Assembly (NCBI GenBank): GCA_051294905.1
Contig: CM119372.1
Span: 17,238,001 to 17,302,000 of the forward strand
Length of the DNA stretch: 64,000 bases
Direction: 5' to 3'
DNA from: Botryllus schlosseri
Lineage: Eukaryota
The translations under genes and the position numbers were made by a program. The notes below the pieces were generated by a model. The model was not told the DNA's origin and ran no database searches. It worked only from the letters and a program-made list of their open reading frames with translations. Shown here piece by piece: positions 43,650 through 57,494 of this stretch (within the stretch, counting starts at the first letter, position 1; each line of letters opens with the position of its first letter).

Positions 43650-46600
43650 TTTTCAAAGCATTTCTTTGGCTCTTGCGTGCCGCACAAAATGCCGCAGTAG
43701 CAACATATAAAAGTTGCAGCACCCGTTGGACTTCGTATCGTCGCTGAAAGAAGACGAAGCTCTCTCATCTTGATGCAACTTTTGTTGTTCCTGCTTCGTT
43801 TTTTTCTCCGTTTTTTCTCCGTTTTTTTCTCCGTTCTCTCGTTTTTTGTTCTTTTCTTTGCGAATGTTTTTGAAAGCCTTCTTCAATTTCTGTCCGATCG
43901 ACCACGCCTTGAATTTTATACTCAGAATTAGACAAATGACAGATCGGTGCTGCTAGCGATATGACTGCAGTATCCTTTCCAAAAAAACACCAGTTCCCAT
44001 TCATGACACTGGCACAAATAGCATTGTTGCAAGTAACGAGAGGCAGTCAATAGTGAAGTATTTCTACTTTACTGTTTTTACTTGTTTAGGCAGAACTAGG
44101 CCTAGATTACTTACTTTTATGGTGTTCAGTTTTAATTTTACATCAGTGCCAACAATAATTACTTTGACCACCTCTAATCCACTGCACTCTATACTAGACT
44201 TCCATCCCTCAAGTACTTCTGATATGATTGAATTTGTATTGCCTTCAATTCAATACTGACTATCTAGCCAAGTCGGAAGGTGTATATCATTGAATGTGAC
44301 TTGGTGCACATGAAATGGAATAGTTTTATCAGCAACAGTGCAAGTGATCAAATTAACGAATGCAAACTATTACCCTTGAAGAGTTTCCGCTACTCGGCTG
44401 CGGAGTCTTGCTAGTGGACGGGTAATTCTGAAGCAAAGCGCAAGGGATATTGGGAATTTCTGTGGCAAGCAATGGAGACACAGTGGTGGACATCTCTTGA
44501 CACTCACATTGGATTTCTCATCGCCTTTGTCCTGTGTTGACGCGATTACTTTCTATGGCCAGTTGGAGATGGAGGGTTTATGATGGCTGATAGCATCGTC
44601 ATCGCGATCAGAAAGAACCTAACCACAAGGAATCACAAGTTCACATTAGATACTTTGATGATAGTGATAACATGATAGGGCCAATCCGCACTTGAATTCA
44701 CATCAAATTTGAGCAGGACAAAGGATTTGGCATCTGGCCGAAAAAAAACCTATTATTATCAAGTCGGCATAACGAACCAGGGTTTGGTTCAAATCTGAGC
44801 ATTCAACTGGATTTCAAGAATCTTCTTATTGGTCGGATTTGGACTTATGGATTCACCCCGTCGCTAGTTATTTGGAGGCATGTCTCAAGGTAGAGCATAA
44901 GATGCATTGATAACAACAAGAAATATACCTCAAGTCATGTCCTGGTTAGTACCGGACATGTTTTGAACGATGAAGTTATGAAATGAATAAATCTATTTGT
45001 CCACATCCATGCCACTCACCCATGAATTACACTCATCAGATTCATCCTTCCGTGAAGCGATTTCAGTCTAAAATTAACAATAGTTACGGGTAGCCGAGCA
45101 TCAAACATACGTAGACATTAATCCCCAACTTTGATACCTTCTTTTCTAAAATTGGCAACACCTCACCAGATAGCAAAACAAAAGGATGTTCATTTCATCA
45201 ATTATAAAATCAACTGTTATTTGTGTGGTATGTGAATTTGTGTTTGATTGTCAATTTCTTACCGTATCTGATGATTCCAAGGAAATGTGATCCTGCGAGT
45301 TTAACAGGATGAAAAAATTATTGAAGATGAAAAGTAAACTATTGTAATTCCAAACCCAACCTTGTTACAGTCAATGCGTCGTCCGATTTCGGGAAAGCCT
45401 GACTCTGAAAATAAAATAATTTAATTAATTATGTCAACTTATCATGAATGAGATGTGACCAAAGTGAAGATTGAGTTTTACCTAACTGCACAGTGCACAT
45501 ATAGAGGACGAATCTACCTAATACTGCATGAATCGATCTCCAGGTACAGCACTGAAAGTGATTAACATGCTGGAATTGCCAATTTAAAATCACACCCGTG
45601 ATCCGCATTACGTCATTTCAAACCTTTAATGCTCGGTCGATTCTGAAGTTATGAAGTGAGTTCATGTTATCAGGCAACGGGCAAAAACTGATTCGTTTAA
45701 ATGGCCAATATTGTGTGGGCAGCAAGAAGGGTTAAGGAAAGAGCCTTATGAAGGAATGTCAAAAGGTATGTGAAACGGCAATAATTTGAATTTGCATAAG
45801 GACTTAAGATGATTGGTAGCATTTGAAAAGGGATACTTCAATAGATAAACGATTTCATCGCAACAAATGAATGGAATTTCTAACCTTCAGCCTTCGATCA
45901 ACCTATAAACCTATAACCTATAAAGTGACACAAAAGTAAGATAATCAGTGACATACAATAAGGAATACTTTAATATATAAGCGATTGCCGAAATATTGGA
46001 ATTTTCGTCAATTTTATCGTCGCTGGAACCACTGCATTCAACCGACCTATCATCGTAATTTTGCCAATCACTTTGTTTGAAACACATAGCGATATGTGAA
46101 AATGCGAAATTGCAGTGGTTTGCGTAACCACACTTCAAATGCCAGCCCAAATGGATTCTTATGAATCAGTTCCATACCATCCAAAAACCAGATGTCAGTT
46201 TTGGCGATTAGTATTGGGACTCTGATCTATAAGCACCCATAGTCCATATCTGGCCTAGTTTTACCCTAGTTGCAATGGCGATACATGTTCGTGACTGCAT
46301 GTTCACTGGTCATGCATGAGAAAGCATACTAGATCCGAATAAACTGTAAACCATCTCCACAGGCTTGATAATAAGTAATCACGAGAAAAACAAGGGTATA
46401 GAATTGGAGTTAATATTTTGCAATCATTTGAGTGGTCCGGCTCCCGTGCGAACTGAAGGCTTGAATCCGGCCAGCGAGCAAGTTGAGTTAGACACCCGTG
46501 ACATAGAGTGGGCAGAAAGAAAAGGAAGGAGAAAGACTCAAAGCAATGTGAAATGGGATGTGAAACTGCAATAATTTGAATTCGGATGGACTGCATATCA

Positions 46601-48530
46601 TAATATGTTTGCAGTAGAATCATACCAAGATCTAGGTAAAACAATTATTAATTGTCGACGGAAGATAAAAATCAACTCTCACTTGTTTCAAGGCTGTAGT
46701 AACGTCAAGAATGTTATGTACCTGCAAATTATAGGCGAATTTTGATTAATTGCAATTCATTGTGTCGCAATATAATTTTAATCACCATTTGCGAAGCGAC
46801 GTTGTCAAACGCAATTTCGACTTCAGATTCTTGATTCGCCAGAATCTGCAAAGTGACACAAAACTAAGATGCTTGGTTACATTTGAAAAGGATTACTTCA
46901 ATACATATACGATTGCTATGTAACAAAAGAATGGGATTTCTAACCTTCATCCTTTGGTCGATTCTAAAGTGAGTCCATGTTATCAAACAATTAACGGGCA
47001 TAGATTGAGTTGATAACAGGTCAATATAGTGTGGGCAGTAAGAAAGGGTCAGGAAAAAAAGAAAAAAATCATATTTATTCCGATTATTTCATTTCAAATC
47101 CCAAAAGGAACATGAAAAGGTATGTGAAATGGCAATAATTTGAATTCGCAAGGACTGGATGTTATAACATGTCGGCCGTACAAACAGAGAGTCAAAAATG
47201 ATGCCTCAGTGCGTAGCCACCGTTGCCTGGTTTCAAACAAGCCGTCAACCATGACCGTAAGCCACGCGGCTCGCCAGATATCGAAAAATCAAAAATACAT
47301 GAAAAATTTACATATGGGCGTGGTCAGTGAGTGGTCATAATGATCAAGTTAAAGATCAATACCGAATCAGACCCCTACCGCCCAGTTAATGGCATGAAAC
47401 AACGTGGTATACTTTCTCCTGTCATATCCCACCATTTGCAGGCATAGTAAACCAGTTTATGACTCATATTCCGTCGCGAACTTGGACTTGAACTTGACTA
47501 TGTTCTTGAAAATCACTGAAGCGTGACCACAATTAACAAACCCCCTCACAAAACTCCCCAGAACAAGGTTTGATGTTCGAAACGGTGACAAGTTCCACAG
47601 AATGCCGTACAAGTCGACTTCTGATGTTCTGGCAGATTTCTGACTATATTTCCCACTCGGAAAATATCTGGAAATTTTGCGGATATCATAATATGTATGT
47701 CGTAGATTCATTAACAGGATCTAGGTAGAACGATTAATTGTTTACGGAATATAAAATCAACTCTCACTTGAATCAAGGCTTCAGCTGCAGTGCATTTTTC
47801 AACCTCAAGAATGTTATCAACCTACGAATTACAGGCGATGTGCAAATAATTCCAATTCAAGTCATTTTGTAATGATTTCATTAGGCTAACCATTTTCGAA
47901 GCGACATTGGACACGGCAATTTCCAATTCAGCTTGCAAATCTGGCAGGTGGCACAAAAATTGAGATGGATGAGATTTAAAAACCAATAATTCAAATTACC
48001 AACGCTGAATAAGCACAAAAATACAGAATGTGAAACCTTTTGCGGTAATTCAATTTGACTGAGAAGTTCTCCAGAAGTCAAATCGACCTCCTGAATATAT
48101 ATTACCATAATTGAAATATGTCTGTAGATAAATGAATTAGTTCACCTGCTGCAAAAGCAGATTGGTAATTCCAGCTTCCACCAACAATCCATTATGTTTT
48201 TCATCCTGAAATAAATAACGAGAATACTTTCGAAACATTTCTAAAATTGGGTGCCGCTAATTATAATATAAAGACCATAATTATAATATAATATAATATA
48301 TGATAATAAACTATTAAATTATATTTGCCAAACAAATAATATGCAATTAAAGACAAAATCTAAGATGAATGACCAACCAGGGATTTGATGCTGGATGTAG
48401 AGTGACGTACGGTGACTGGCTGGTCATCGTGACAGATTTTTAAGTCCATAGGCTTCAGAGACTGCCGGAACGGTGCAAATCAAATTATAACAATAGACCA
48501 ATCATCATTGCAAGTTATACGGTATCTGAA
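43650..48530 (-). pseudogene. Degenerate multi-exon gene with WD40-like exons and a small-GTPase-like C-terminal relic
   Basis: Many short AG/GT-bounded segments on the - strand; YRITCNDDWSIVII*F (about 48500), VDLTSGELLSQIELP (about 48060), WKSSIECSGLEVVKVIIVG (about 44170), K/E-rich tail ending KSNGCC (about 43720); stops, frameshifts and internal duplications at 45.6-48.0 kb. Confidence 0.35.
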
Positions 48531-49959
48531 AAGCGTAGGTGTGTAATACTCTCTACTAGCAGACCAACTGGGTACAATGCAACAAGGTACAGCCACAGAG
48601 CATTCAGACAGTATATACAAAGTACTACAAGGATTCTATGAAAGAGTGATTGATAATTCCAGTGGCACTCAACCTAGGGTCCGCAAAGCAGATTCAGCAT
48701 TTTCATTAAAACTATGATGAGCGAAACTCATATACTTTACATCTAATACTCGATCCAGAATAGAATCACTCAGTTAACCGATTTCCCCCAGTCGTACTAA
48801 AAACACTACAATTTGGTGCAATGGTCGTGAGATATGAATAAACCTCAGATTTAGGTCGCGCTTTAAAGAGTTTGAGGGCCACTGTTTTGAGCTTCGAGTA
48901 GCAAATAAGGAATTACCATCGTTGAATCTAGGTCACGTCTGAAAAAAAAAACTATGCGTGCAATATCCGGGCAATATTGAGTAGAATGAAACCACAAAGT
49001 GAGCCTCATACCCATAGGCGCCGAATTTGTTTTTTTTACGAGGTGGCGAAGTCTTGTGACGTCATAATTGTTCCATATCGATGGCGTCATCGTCGCACTA
49101 AAACACACTTTACTACATGCTGCTGGTGTACGTGCAGCGTTAAACCATTTGTTTTAATACCGGCCCTGCAGCCATTAATATCAAACTATTGCAGTCGAGT
49201 TATTAAATGGAATCTTAGAACGGTACGATCATTAGAAAGTGAAACTGCGCTACCAGTCCGTCCGACGGAATGCATCGAACAAAAATCAGAATTTTCGTTA
49301 CTGAGAATTTTGAGTTGCCTCAATGTTATTCATGCGCAATGCGCTACGTGAGTAACGAAATACACTACGCACTGGCCTGGCAAGTTTGCAAGTAACACAC
49401 GACAACTCTCGAATATGAGGTTTCAAGCAAACAATAATGATGATTACAAACGCGAAATCGCACAGCCAATCAGTAATTGTATCTTGTGGTTTCTGACTTC
49501 GCGTTGAGTAGCTCGCATCGTGGCAATTCTTTGCAGATTAAAACAGCGAATTTGGCGGCAGTGGTGCATTTCCCGATTTACGCACGCGAAGCATTTTTAG
49601 AGTACATCGGTGTATATGCTGCAAATAGAGGTAGGAACAATATATAATGTCCTATTCCTATTTAATGTAACGACTATATGGGCTAGAACAGGGGAGGCCA
49701 ATCTTTTTGCTATTCACGGCCGCATTTCTGAGCATAGTCGTAATACACAAATATCCATATTAAACTGTCCTTGCCCATTACCCGTGAATTCCGGACTAAC
49801 ATATGTTTTCATATAGACTTATTATACGCACCAATATCGCGAGCGATCATATTATAAACATGAACAGTTACAGAGATCCCTAACGGTCGAACGGTAACGA
49901 AATTAATTCGTAACGGTCGGTCATATTCACGAATGAATTTCGTCATTTATATTACTAGT

Positions 49960-50690
49960 TTCGCATGTTCCTGTCAATTATGCATCCTTTCTCATCCCAC
50001 GTGATCAGATTTATCGGTAGAGTGCATGGAAAGGGTGTTTTCGATAATTTAGGGCAAGTTATAAATGATTATGCGTCTTCGTGCGGGCCAATTGTTATCA
50101 GTCACTTCGTTGCATTCTGTTATTTCTTGACCTCCTATCAGGATTTTCGATATAGTGGGAAGATATTGGAATATCCCTAGCCCACTAGAAACTATATTAA
50201 AATCGCAAAAAAGTATTAAATCGCGCGATGATGGCAAACGAGAAAGCGTGTATTGCAATCGGTATCGCCACGAATGGGTTTTGAGTCTGACACCGTATTG
50301 ATTAGCTTTCGTCGCGAAAATTGTTTTCTCATTATATCGGTGTTTAAGCTGTATTGCTGCACTTCCCGATTAATGTCACTGGCAGGCAAAGTCTTGCAAG
50401 AGAAACGAATATGCGCAGAAATGAATTTCAATTTGCAGGCACACACCAACACTGTCCAACACACCCTCCAATTTCGCGCTGCGATTACCAAGACTATCAC
50501 GAAGCTAGCTAGCTCAAGAATGCTAACGGATATAGGCGCACACAATTTAGATTTTAGAAAAGCAGAACGTCTATTTGGGCACCTGGTCGGGAGAGGAGAT
50601 CTAGGATGGTGCTTCTCAGCACACGCTAGGCGCGTAGCCAGTCGAAAAATTGGGGGGATTTGGACGTTTTTCAAATTTACCAATATGGCA
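49960..50690 (-). mobile_element. Decayed LINE (RTE-like) AP-endonuclease fragment inside a hAT-like element (about 49689-51878)
   Basis: DLILFCDFN (GDFN motif) and upstream ELASFVIVLVIA segment; outer ends caggggaggccaa / ggccacccctg. Confidence 0.5.
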
Positions 50691-52075
50691 TCAATTCAAT
50701 TCGGGTTAAGTAGGCCTACATGTGTAAATGACGATCATTAATCTCTTCGTGATGACGACTTTAGGCGCGTGATAAGCTTGTCAAAGAGTCCGGAAGTGCT
50801 GTTAATTAGCGAGTCCCTGATCTCTGGTGAACAATTAAATACGCGCACGAATTACGCAGCCTCGGCGAGGTTTTCGCAAAACAAAATATCCGAATCTGAT
50901 GGCACCGATTTCGAGTGGTTCAGACCTTTGTCGTCTTTTAGAGCTCAAGCCATGATAAACATCTTCTGATCGTTACGTTCAAGTATTGGCGGAAATCAAT
51001 TACGCACGTTAAAGTTTGTTTGCAGCGATTCAATGTTATTTAGTTTCGCGATGTCGCTCTTTGATCAATATGACATAAAACATAAAAAAACATAAAAATT
51101 AGCGTAAACTGACCGCATTGTCTCCAAACCAGCGAGAGATAGGAGCCAAAGCATGTTAGGCCCGAAATACGATAGTTAGGACAGCAATGATATCTTTCGC
51201 ATCAGGTCAATTGCCGATGCTATTGTGTAGGCCAGCGATGATATCGTGAACACCAGGCCGAAGCCGCCAATGCAGATGCGATTGCGCAGGCAAGCGATAA
51301 TAAAGTGTGAACTGGGCCCATTGCAGATGCGATTGTTCAAGTCTGCGGAACCAGGCTTGTTCGAGACGCGATAAATCAGGCTAGCGACGATTGCCACGCG
51401 CACGAGAATTTGTCGCGCACTGATATTTATCGCGTATCGCAAGTGATCTAAATTTCATCGTCTCTAATGAAAATGAATGTTTCTATTTCTGGATGAGTGA
51501 ATTTAAATTAGGGATGAGCAGATTCGTAGTGCTTTCATACCGTTAAACCGGAGTAATCGTTTTCGCTGTGCAATGCGGATATAGGCGTGCCAGGGTTTGG
51601 ACCACGATAAATTATTATATATATAAGAAATATATAAGAAAATATTTCCAATCTGCATTATACATATAACATACGACTTGGATGTGAATATTAAACTTTG
51701 ACAATAGGTAGGTTATAAGACGCAAGGATGATGTGAAGAGAGGTTAGCGTTCGGGTTCTGTGTGTGCCTTGCAAGTTCACAATCTGAGCAATTCATTTTC
51801 GATAATATAACAGAATTTCGATAATATAATAGGAAATTACCTCGCGGGCCACTCAAAGATGCGGGTAGGCCACCCCTGATATAGACAGACCCATTCGATA
51901 GTTTTCAGAGCCGGGGCAGTGGTAATAATGCGGAATTTTTCAAATAGGTTTACGTTCACACGAACCTGAACCTTTCAGGGGTTCGCACCATTCGTTATAT
52001 GTCAGATCTCCATATTCCATCAGACAATATTTCCCTACTAATGTTATTATTAAATAGTATATTCATATTGAAATG

Positions 52076-52110
52076 AACCCGAATATTTTCGGCTGACACT
52101 CGTCAGGGGT
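52076..52110 (-). ncRNA. Minimal type I hammerhead ribozyme (3' pseudo-LTR)
   Basis: Sense accc CUGACGA gugucagcc GAAA auauUC gggu; palindromic AAUAUU stem III; stem II weak. Confidence 0.75.
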
Positions 52111-52211
52111 AATCGTCAGCAACTAGTAGAGAATTGGAAAGAACATTGTATATCAACAATCGTATCACAAAATATGACGTCACCAGCATGAAATTTCGAA
52201 TGAGAGAGCGT

Positions 52212-54758
52212 TCAATGTACTACTTTTAGGTGATACACGAACTCCTTTTGTTGACAGAGTTTTGGTTGGTGTATTTTGATAAAAGTTGATTCCAAGGCAC
52301 ACAAACGGAATTGTGAACGGCCTCGACCTACGATTCGAAATCGGTCGTCTCGATAATTATTCGCACAAATCGGATTATCCAACAGATGTTTGCCGATGGC
52401 AGAATTAATAGCTTTTGATCGATCAGCATCAATCTTGAGTGGATGAGTTAAGGGTGAGCTTTTCACATCGCGTGACGCACGTGTTCTGATAAATCTGGGG
52501 ACATGTTGGTTTATGCGGTCCTGCAGACGTCTTGACGTTCTTCCCACGTAGCCACAATCACAGTGGCACCTATATTCGTACACTACATTACTTTGTTGAA
52601 GTGCAGGAAGCACGTCTTTGCGTGTTGAAGGGAGCAGTTGTGTTGTTGTAAAAATCACATTGGTTTTGACTGTATCGTAACATTTACCGACAGCAGAAAT
52701 CAATTGTTTTTCAAAGCGGGTGGAAATGGGGCCAATCCAAGGTAGATGGATATAAACATCTTTTATTGTTCGTGCGGTGGGCTCTGTTCGTTTTTCTGCG
52801 TTGAATTGCGTTAATTTCCTCTCCATGCCGCGGCTGATGACGTGTTCAGGGTAACCGTTATCAAGTAAGATTTTTCGGATGTAGTCAAGTTCTAAACTCA
52901 GTTTGTTACCCGAACATATCATCAACGCTCTATGCACGAGTGTGCCTATGAGGTTAATTTATCTGCGCCGAGGACTAAATGAATTCCAGCGAAGGTATTG
53001 GCCTGTGAATGTCGGTTTTCTGAAAACAGACGTTTCAAATTTGTTGGTATTGCGCTTTTCAACTAATACGTCCAGAAATGATAATGAGTTATTGCGTTCT
53101 TTTTCTATTGTGAATTGCAAGGCCGGGTGAAGCGAGTTTAAGCGAATGAGAAATTGGTCACACTCCGATTCATTCCTGAAAATGACAAATGTATCATCTA
53201 CGTATCGGCGGTACAATAGTGGTTTGGCGGACTCACGCTGGGACAGAAGCTCGCCCTCGTAATACCCCACGAAAATGTTGGCCAAAATAGGTCCCAGGGG
53301 ACTTCCCATGGCTAAGCCGTCTATTTGGCGAAACATGACCTCGTTAAAGCTAAATTCCACGCAGCAAGTTGCCGCTTGTAAAAGTTCAACAAAGACGTTA
53401 CGCGGGATTGATGGTGGCGGTAACTTACCACCGTACAGCGCGTTGGCACAAATATCAATAGTCTCATGCAGCGGAACGTTCGTAAAAAGACTAGAGATAT
53501 CAAATGAGCTCAGAAACACGTCTGGATTCGGCAAATCCAGGTTTCGTATTTCACCAGCGAACGTGAACGAATCGCGAACACATTCCGTGCCGTACAATTC
53601 CCGAACCGGTTCCAAAATGTCAATAAGCCATTTTGCCAGCTGATGGTGAGCAGACCCGATCATGGAAAGTATAGGTCTCACTGGGACATTGTCTTTGTGA
53701 GTTTTTGGCAGTCCGTACATGCGTGGTCTTTGCGATCCCGTCGGTCTGATGGCGCTGTATGTTTCTGCCGTTAGGACACCGTTTTTCTTCAATGTCAGCA
53801 AACGGTTGGTCAGTCGTCTTTCAATTTTAGGTGTATTATCAAATTCCGAAACCGAACCAAGCGAGATAAATTTGGTTTTGTCATGCAATATTGATTCCAT
53901 TTTCGAAATGTAGTCAGCTTTGTTCAGAATGACAACACCGGATCCTTTGTCTGGTTTGGTGATGTGAATTTCAGGGTTGGATCGCAATGCTTTGATGGCT
54001 AGGAAACACTCTTTGTTCATCAGGAAGTCCGCCTTGTCGACCGGGCATCCACAATACGAATGCGCCAAATCTGATAACCGAGCTTTGAGAGCAGGTATAC
54101 CCTCGTCTGATTTAGGTTCGTGGTGTTTTAATTGGCCGAGGAGAACTTCAAATTCCGCAAATACCTCCTCATTCTTGACAGTGGTAGGCGGCAGGCAAAA
54201 ATTGAGCCCATGGGATAAAACAAATTCTTCAGTCGGGCTTAGCTTATGATCTGATAAGTTGAGTATATTCTTCTTGCTTGGACTTGCATTGCTACCGAAT
54301 CGCTGGCTAACTAAGCGGTTAATGCCACGTTCGTTCCTTGTTGTATTCTGCTTTTCTTTGATAGTATCTATCGATGCCAAATAACGGCAGAAGCGAAATA
54401 AGTCGAAAAACGACAGGATTGAACGTACTTCCTTCTGCAGCGATCGACAAACACGGCGGAGAGTAGTAACCAACTTCTCATTCTTCCCAATCTCGTCATA
54501 TAAAAACGCTTGTTCCATTCTAGGATTGAGGCGGGCGCGTGATTTTTCTATCCTGCTTTTGATAAATGCTGGTAACGTCTTTTTTGCGATACAAGCCTTC
54601 AAAAAGGCTGTTGTTGATACCGCAGTTCTCAATCTTCCCCTAGTCTTTATCAGCTGGTTTAGGATACGCAACTGACTTTCACTGTACCGCTTTCGGAAAT
54701 ATTTGAAGAGCCTCTTGGAGGTACAGAACTTCAATATACAATTAAATAGTATATTCAT
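52212..54758 (-). pseudogene. Penelope RT + GIY-YIG ORF, copy A (nonsense AAA>TAA at 52959-52961)
   Basis: KPDKGSG, GLAMGSPLGP, RYVDD, SNVVYEYRCHC..YVGRT; ORFs 52959-54791 and 52212-52937 are in frame; first ATG at 54758. Confidence 0.93.
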
Positions 54759-54767
54759 ATTGAAATG

Positions 54768-54802
54768 AACCCGAATATTTTCGGCTGACACTCGTCAGGG
54801 GT
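54768..54802 (-). ncRNA. Minimal type I hammerhead ribozyme (junction between tandem units)
   Basis: Identical to 52076-52110, offset by 2692 bp. Confidence 0.75.
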
Positions 54803-54903
54803 AATCGTCAGCAACTAGTAGAGAATTGGAAAGAACATTGTATATCAACAATCGTATCACAAAATATGACGTCACCAGCATGAAATTTCGAATGAGAGAG
54901 CGT

Positions 54904-57441
54904 TCAATGTACTATTTTTAGGTGATACACGAACTCCTTTTGTTGACAGAGTTTTGGTTGGTGTATTTTGATAAAAGTTGATTCCAAGGCACACAAATGG
55001 AATTGTGAACGGCCTCGACCTACGATTCGAAATCGGTCGTCTCGATAATTATTCGCACAAATCGGATTATCCAACAGATGTTTGCCGATGGCAGAATTAA
55101 TAGCTTTTGATCGATCAGCATCAATCTTGAGTGGATGAGTTAAGGGTGAGCTTTTCACATCGCGTGACGCACGTGTTCTGATAAATCTGGGGACATGTTG
55201 GTTTATGCGGTCCTGCAGACGTCTTGACGTTCTTCCCACGTAGCCACAATCACAGTGGCACCTATATTCGTACACTACATTACTTTGTTGAAGTGCAGGA
55301 AGCACGTCTTTGCGTGTTGAAGGGAGCAGTTGTGTTGTTGTAAAAATCACATTGGTTTTGACTGTATCGTAACATTTACCGACAGCAGAAATCAATTGTT
55401 TTTCAAAGCGGGTGGAAATGGGGCCAATCCAAGGTAGATGGATATAAACATCTTTTATTGTTCGTGCGGTGGGCTCTGTTCGTTTTTCTGCGTTGAATTG
55501 CGTTAATTTCCTCTCCATGCCGCGGCTGATGACGTGTTCAGGGTAACCGTTATCAAGTAAGATTTTTCGGATGTAGTCAAGTTCTAAACTCAGTTTGTTA
55601 CCCGAACATATCATCAACGCTCTATGCACGAGTGTGCCTATGAGGTTAATTTTTCTGCGCCGAGGACTAAATGAATTCCAGCGAAGGTATTGGCCTGTGA
55701 ATGTCGGTTTTCTGAAAACAGACGTTTCAAATTTATTGGTATTGCGCTTTTCAACTAATACGTCCAGAAATGATAATGAGTTATTGCGTTCTTTTTCTAT
55801 TGTGAATTGCAAGGCCGGGTGAAGCGAGTTTAAGCGAATGAGAAATTGGTCACACTCCGATTCATTCCTGAAAATGACAAATGTATCATCTACGTATCGG
55901 CGGTACAATAGTGGTTTGGCGGACTCACGCTGGGACAGAAGCTCGCCCTCGTAATACCCCACGAAAATGTTGGCCAAAATAGGTCCCAGGGGACTTCCCA
56001 TGGCTAAGCCGTCTATTTGGCGAAACATGACCTCGTTAAAGCTAAATTCCACGCAGCAAGTTGCCGCTTGTAAAAGTTCAACAAAGACGTTACGCGGGAT
56101 TGATGGTGGCGGTAACTTACCACCGTACAGCGCGTTGGCACAAATATCAATAGTCTCATGCAGCGGAACGTTCGTAAAAAGACTAGAGATATCAAATGAG
56201 CTCAGAAACACGTCTGGATTCGGCAAATCCAGGTTTCGTATTTCACCAGCGAACGTGAACGAATCGCGAACACATTCCGTGCCGTACAATTCCCGAACCG
56301 GTTCCAAAATGTCAATAAGCCATTTTGCCAGCTGATGGTGAGCAGACCCGATCATGGAAAGTATAGGTCTCACTGGGACATTGTCTTTGTGAGTTTTTGG
56401 CAGTCCGTACATGCGTGGTCTTTGCGATCCCGTCGGTCTGATGGCGCTGTATGTTTCTGCCGTTAGGACACCGTTTTTCTTCAATGTCAGCAAACGGTTG
56501 GTCAGTCGTCTTTCAATTTTAGGTGTATTATCAAATTCCGAAACCGAACCAAGCGAGATAAATTTGGTTTTGTCATGCAATATTGATTCCATTTTCGAAA
56601 TGTAGTCAGCTTTGTTCAGAATGACAACACCGGATCCTTTGTCTGGTTTGGTGATGTGAATTTCAGGGTTGGATCGCAATGCTTTGATGGCTAGGAAACA
56701 CTCTTTGTTCATCAGGAAGTCCGCCTTGTCGACCGGGCATCCACAATACGAATGCGCCAAATCTGATAACCGAGCTTTGAGAGCAGGTATACCCTCGTCT
56801 GATTTAGGTTCGTGGTGTTTTAATTGGCCGAGGAGAACTTCAAATTCCGCAAATACCTCCTCATTCTTGACAGTGGTAGGCGGCAGGCAAAAATTGAGCC
56901 CATGGGATAAAACAAATTCTTCAGTCGGGCTTAGCTTATGATCTGATAAGTTGAGTATATTCTTCTTGCTTGGACTTGCATTGCTACCGAATCGCTGGCT
57001 AACTAAGCGGTTAATGCCACGTTCGTTCCTTGTTGTATTCTGCTTTTCTTTGATAGTATCTATCGATGCCAAATAACGGCAGAAGCGAAATAAGTCGAAA
57101 AACGACAGGATTGAACGTACTTCCTTCTGCAGCGATCGACAAACACGGCGGAGAGTAGTAACCAACTTCTCATTCTTCCCAATCTCGTCATATAAAAACG
57201 CTTGTTCCATTCTAGGATTGAGGCGGGCGCGTGATTTTTTCTATCCTGCTTTTGATAAATGCTGGTAACGTCTTTTTTACGATACAAGCCTTCAAAAAGG
57301 CTGTTGTTGATACCGCAGTTCTCAATCTTCCCCTAGTCTTTATCAGCTGGTTTAGGATACGCAACTGACTTTCACTGTACCGCTTTCGGAAATATTTGAA
57401 GAGCTTCTTGGAGGTACAGAACTTCAATATACAATTAAATA
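54904..57441 (-). pseudogene. Penelope RT + GIY-YIG ORF, copy B (+1 frameshift in T-run at about 57235-57240, start codon truncated)
   Basis: 768-aa open frame 54904-57210 with complete RT and EN; N-terminus in a different frame (57212-57441); gatttttt versus gattttt in copy A. Confidence 0.93.
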
Positions 57442-57494
57442 ATATGAATATACTATTTAATTGTATATTGAAGTTCTGTACCTCCAAGAAGCTC
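57401..57494. repeat. Perfect 41-bp inverted repeat with 12-nt spacer
   Basis: 57401-57441 is the exact reverse complement of 57454-57494. Confidence 0.95.

Larger units (their letters stand above)
52048..57493 (-). mobile_element. Penelope-like retroelement (second family), tandem dimer with short inverted terminal copy
   Basis: Two near-identical 2692-bp units; 13-bp TSD ctactaatgttat (52035-52047, 57494-57506); inverted sense fragment 57441-57494. Confidence 0.96.
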
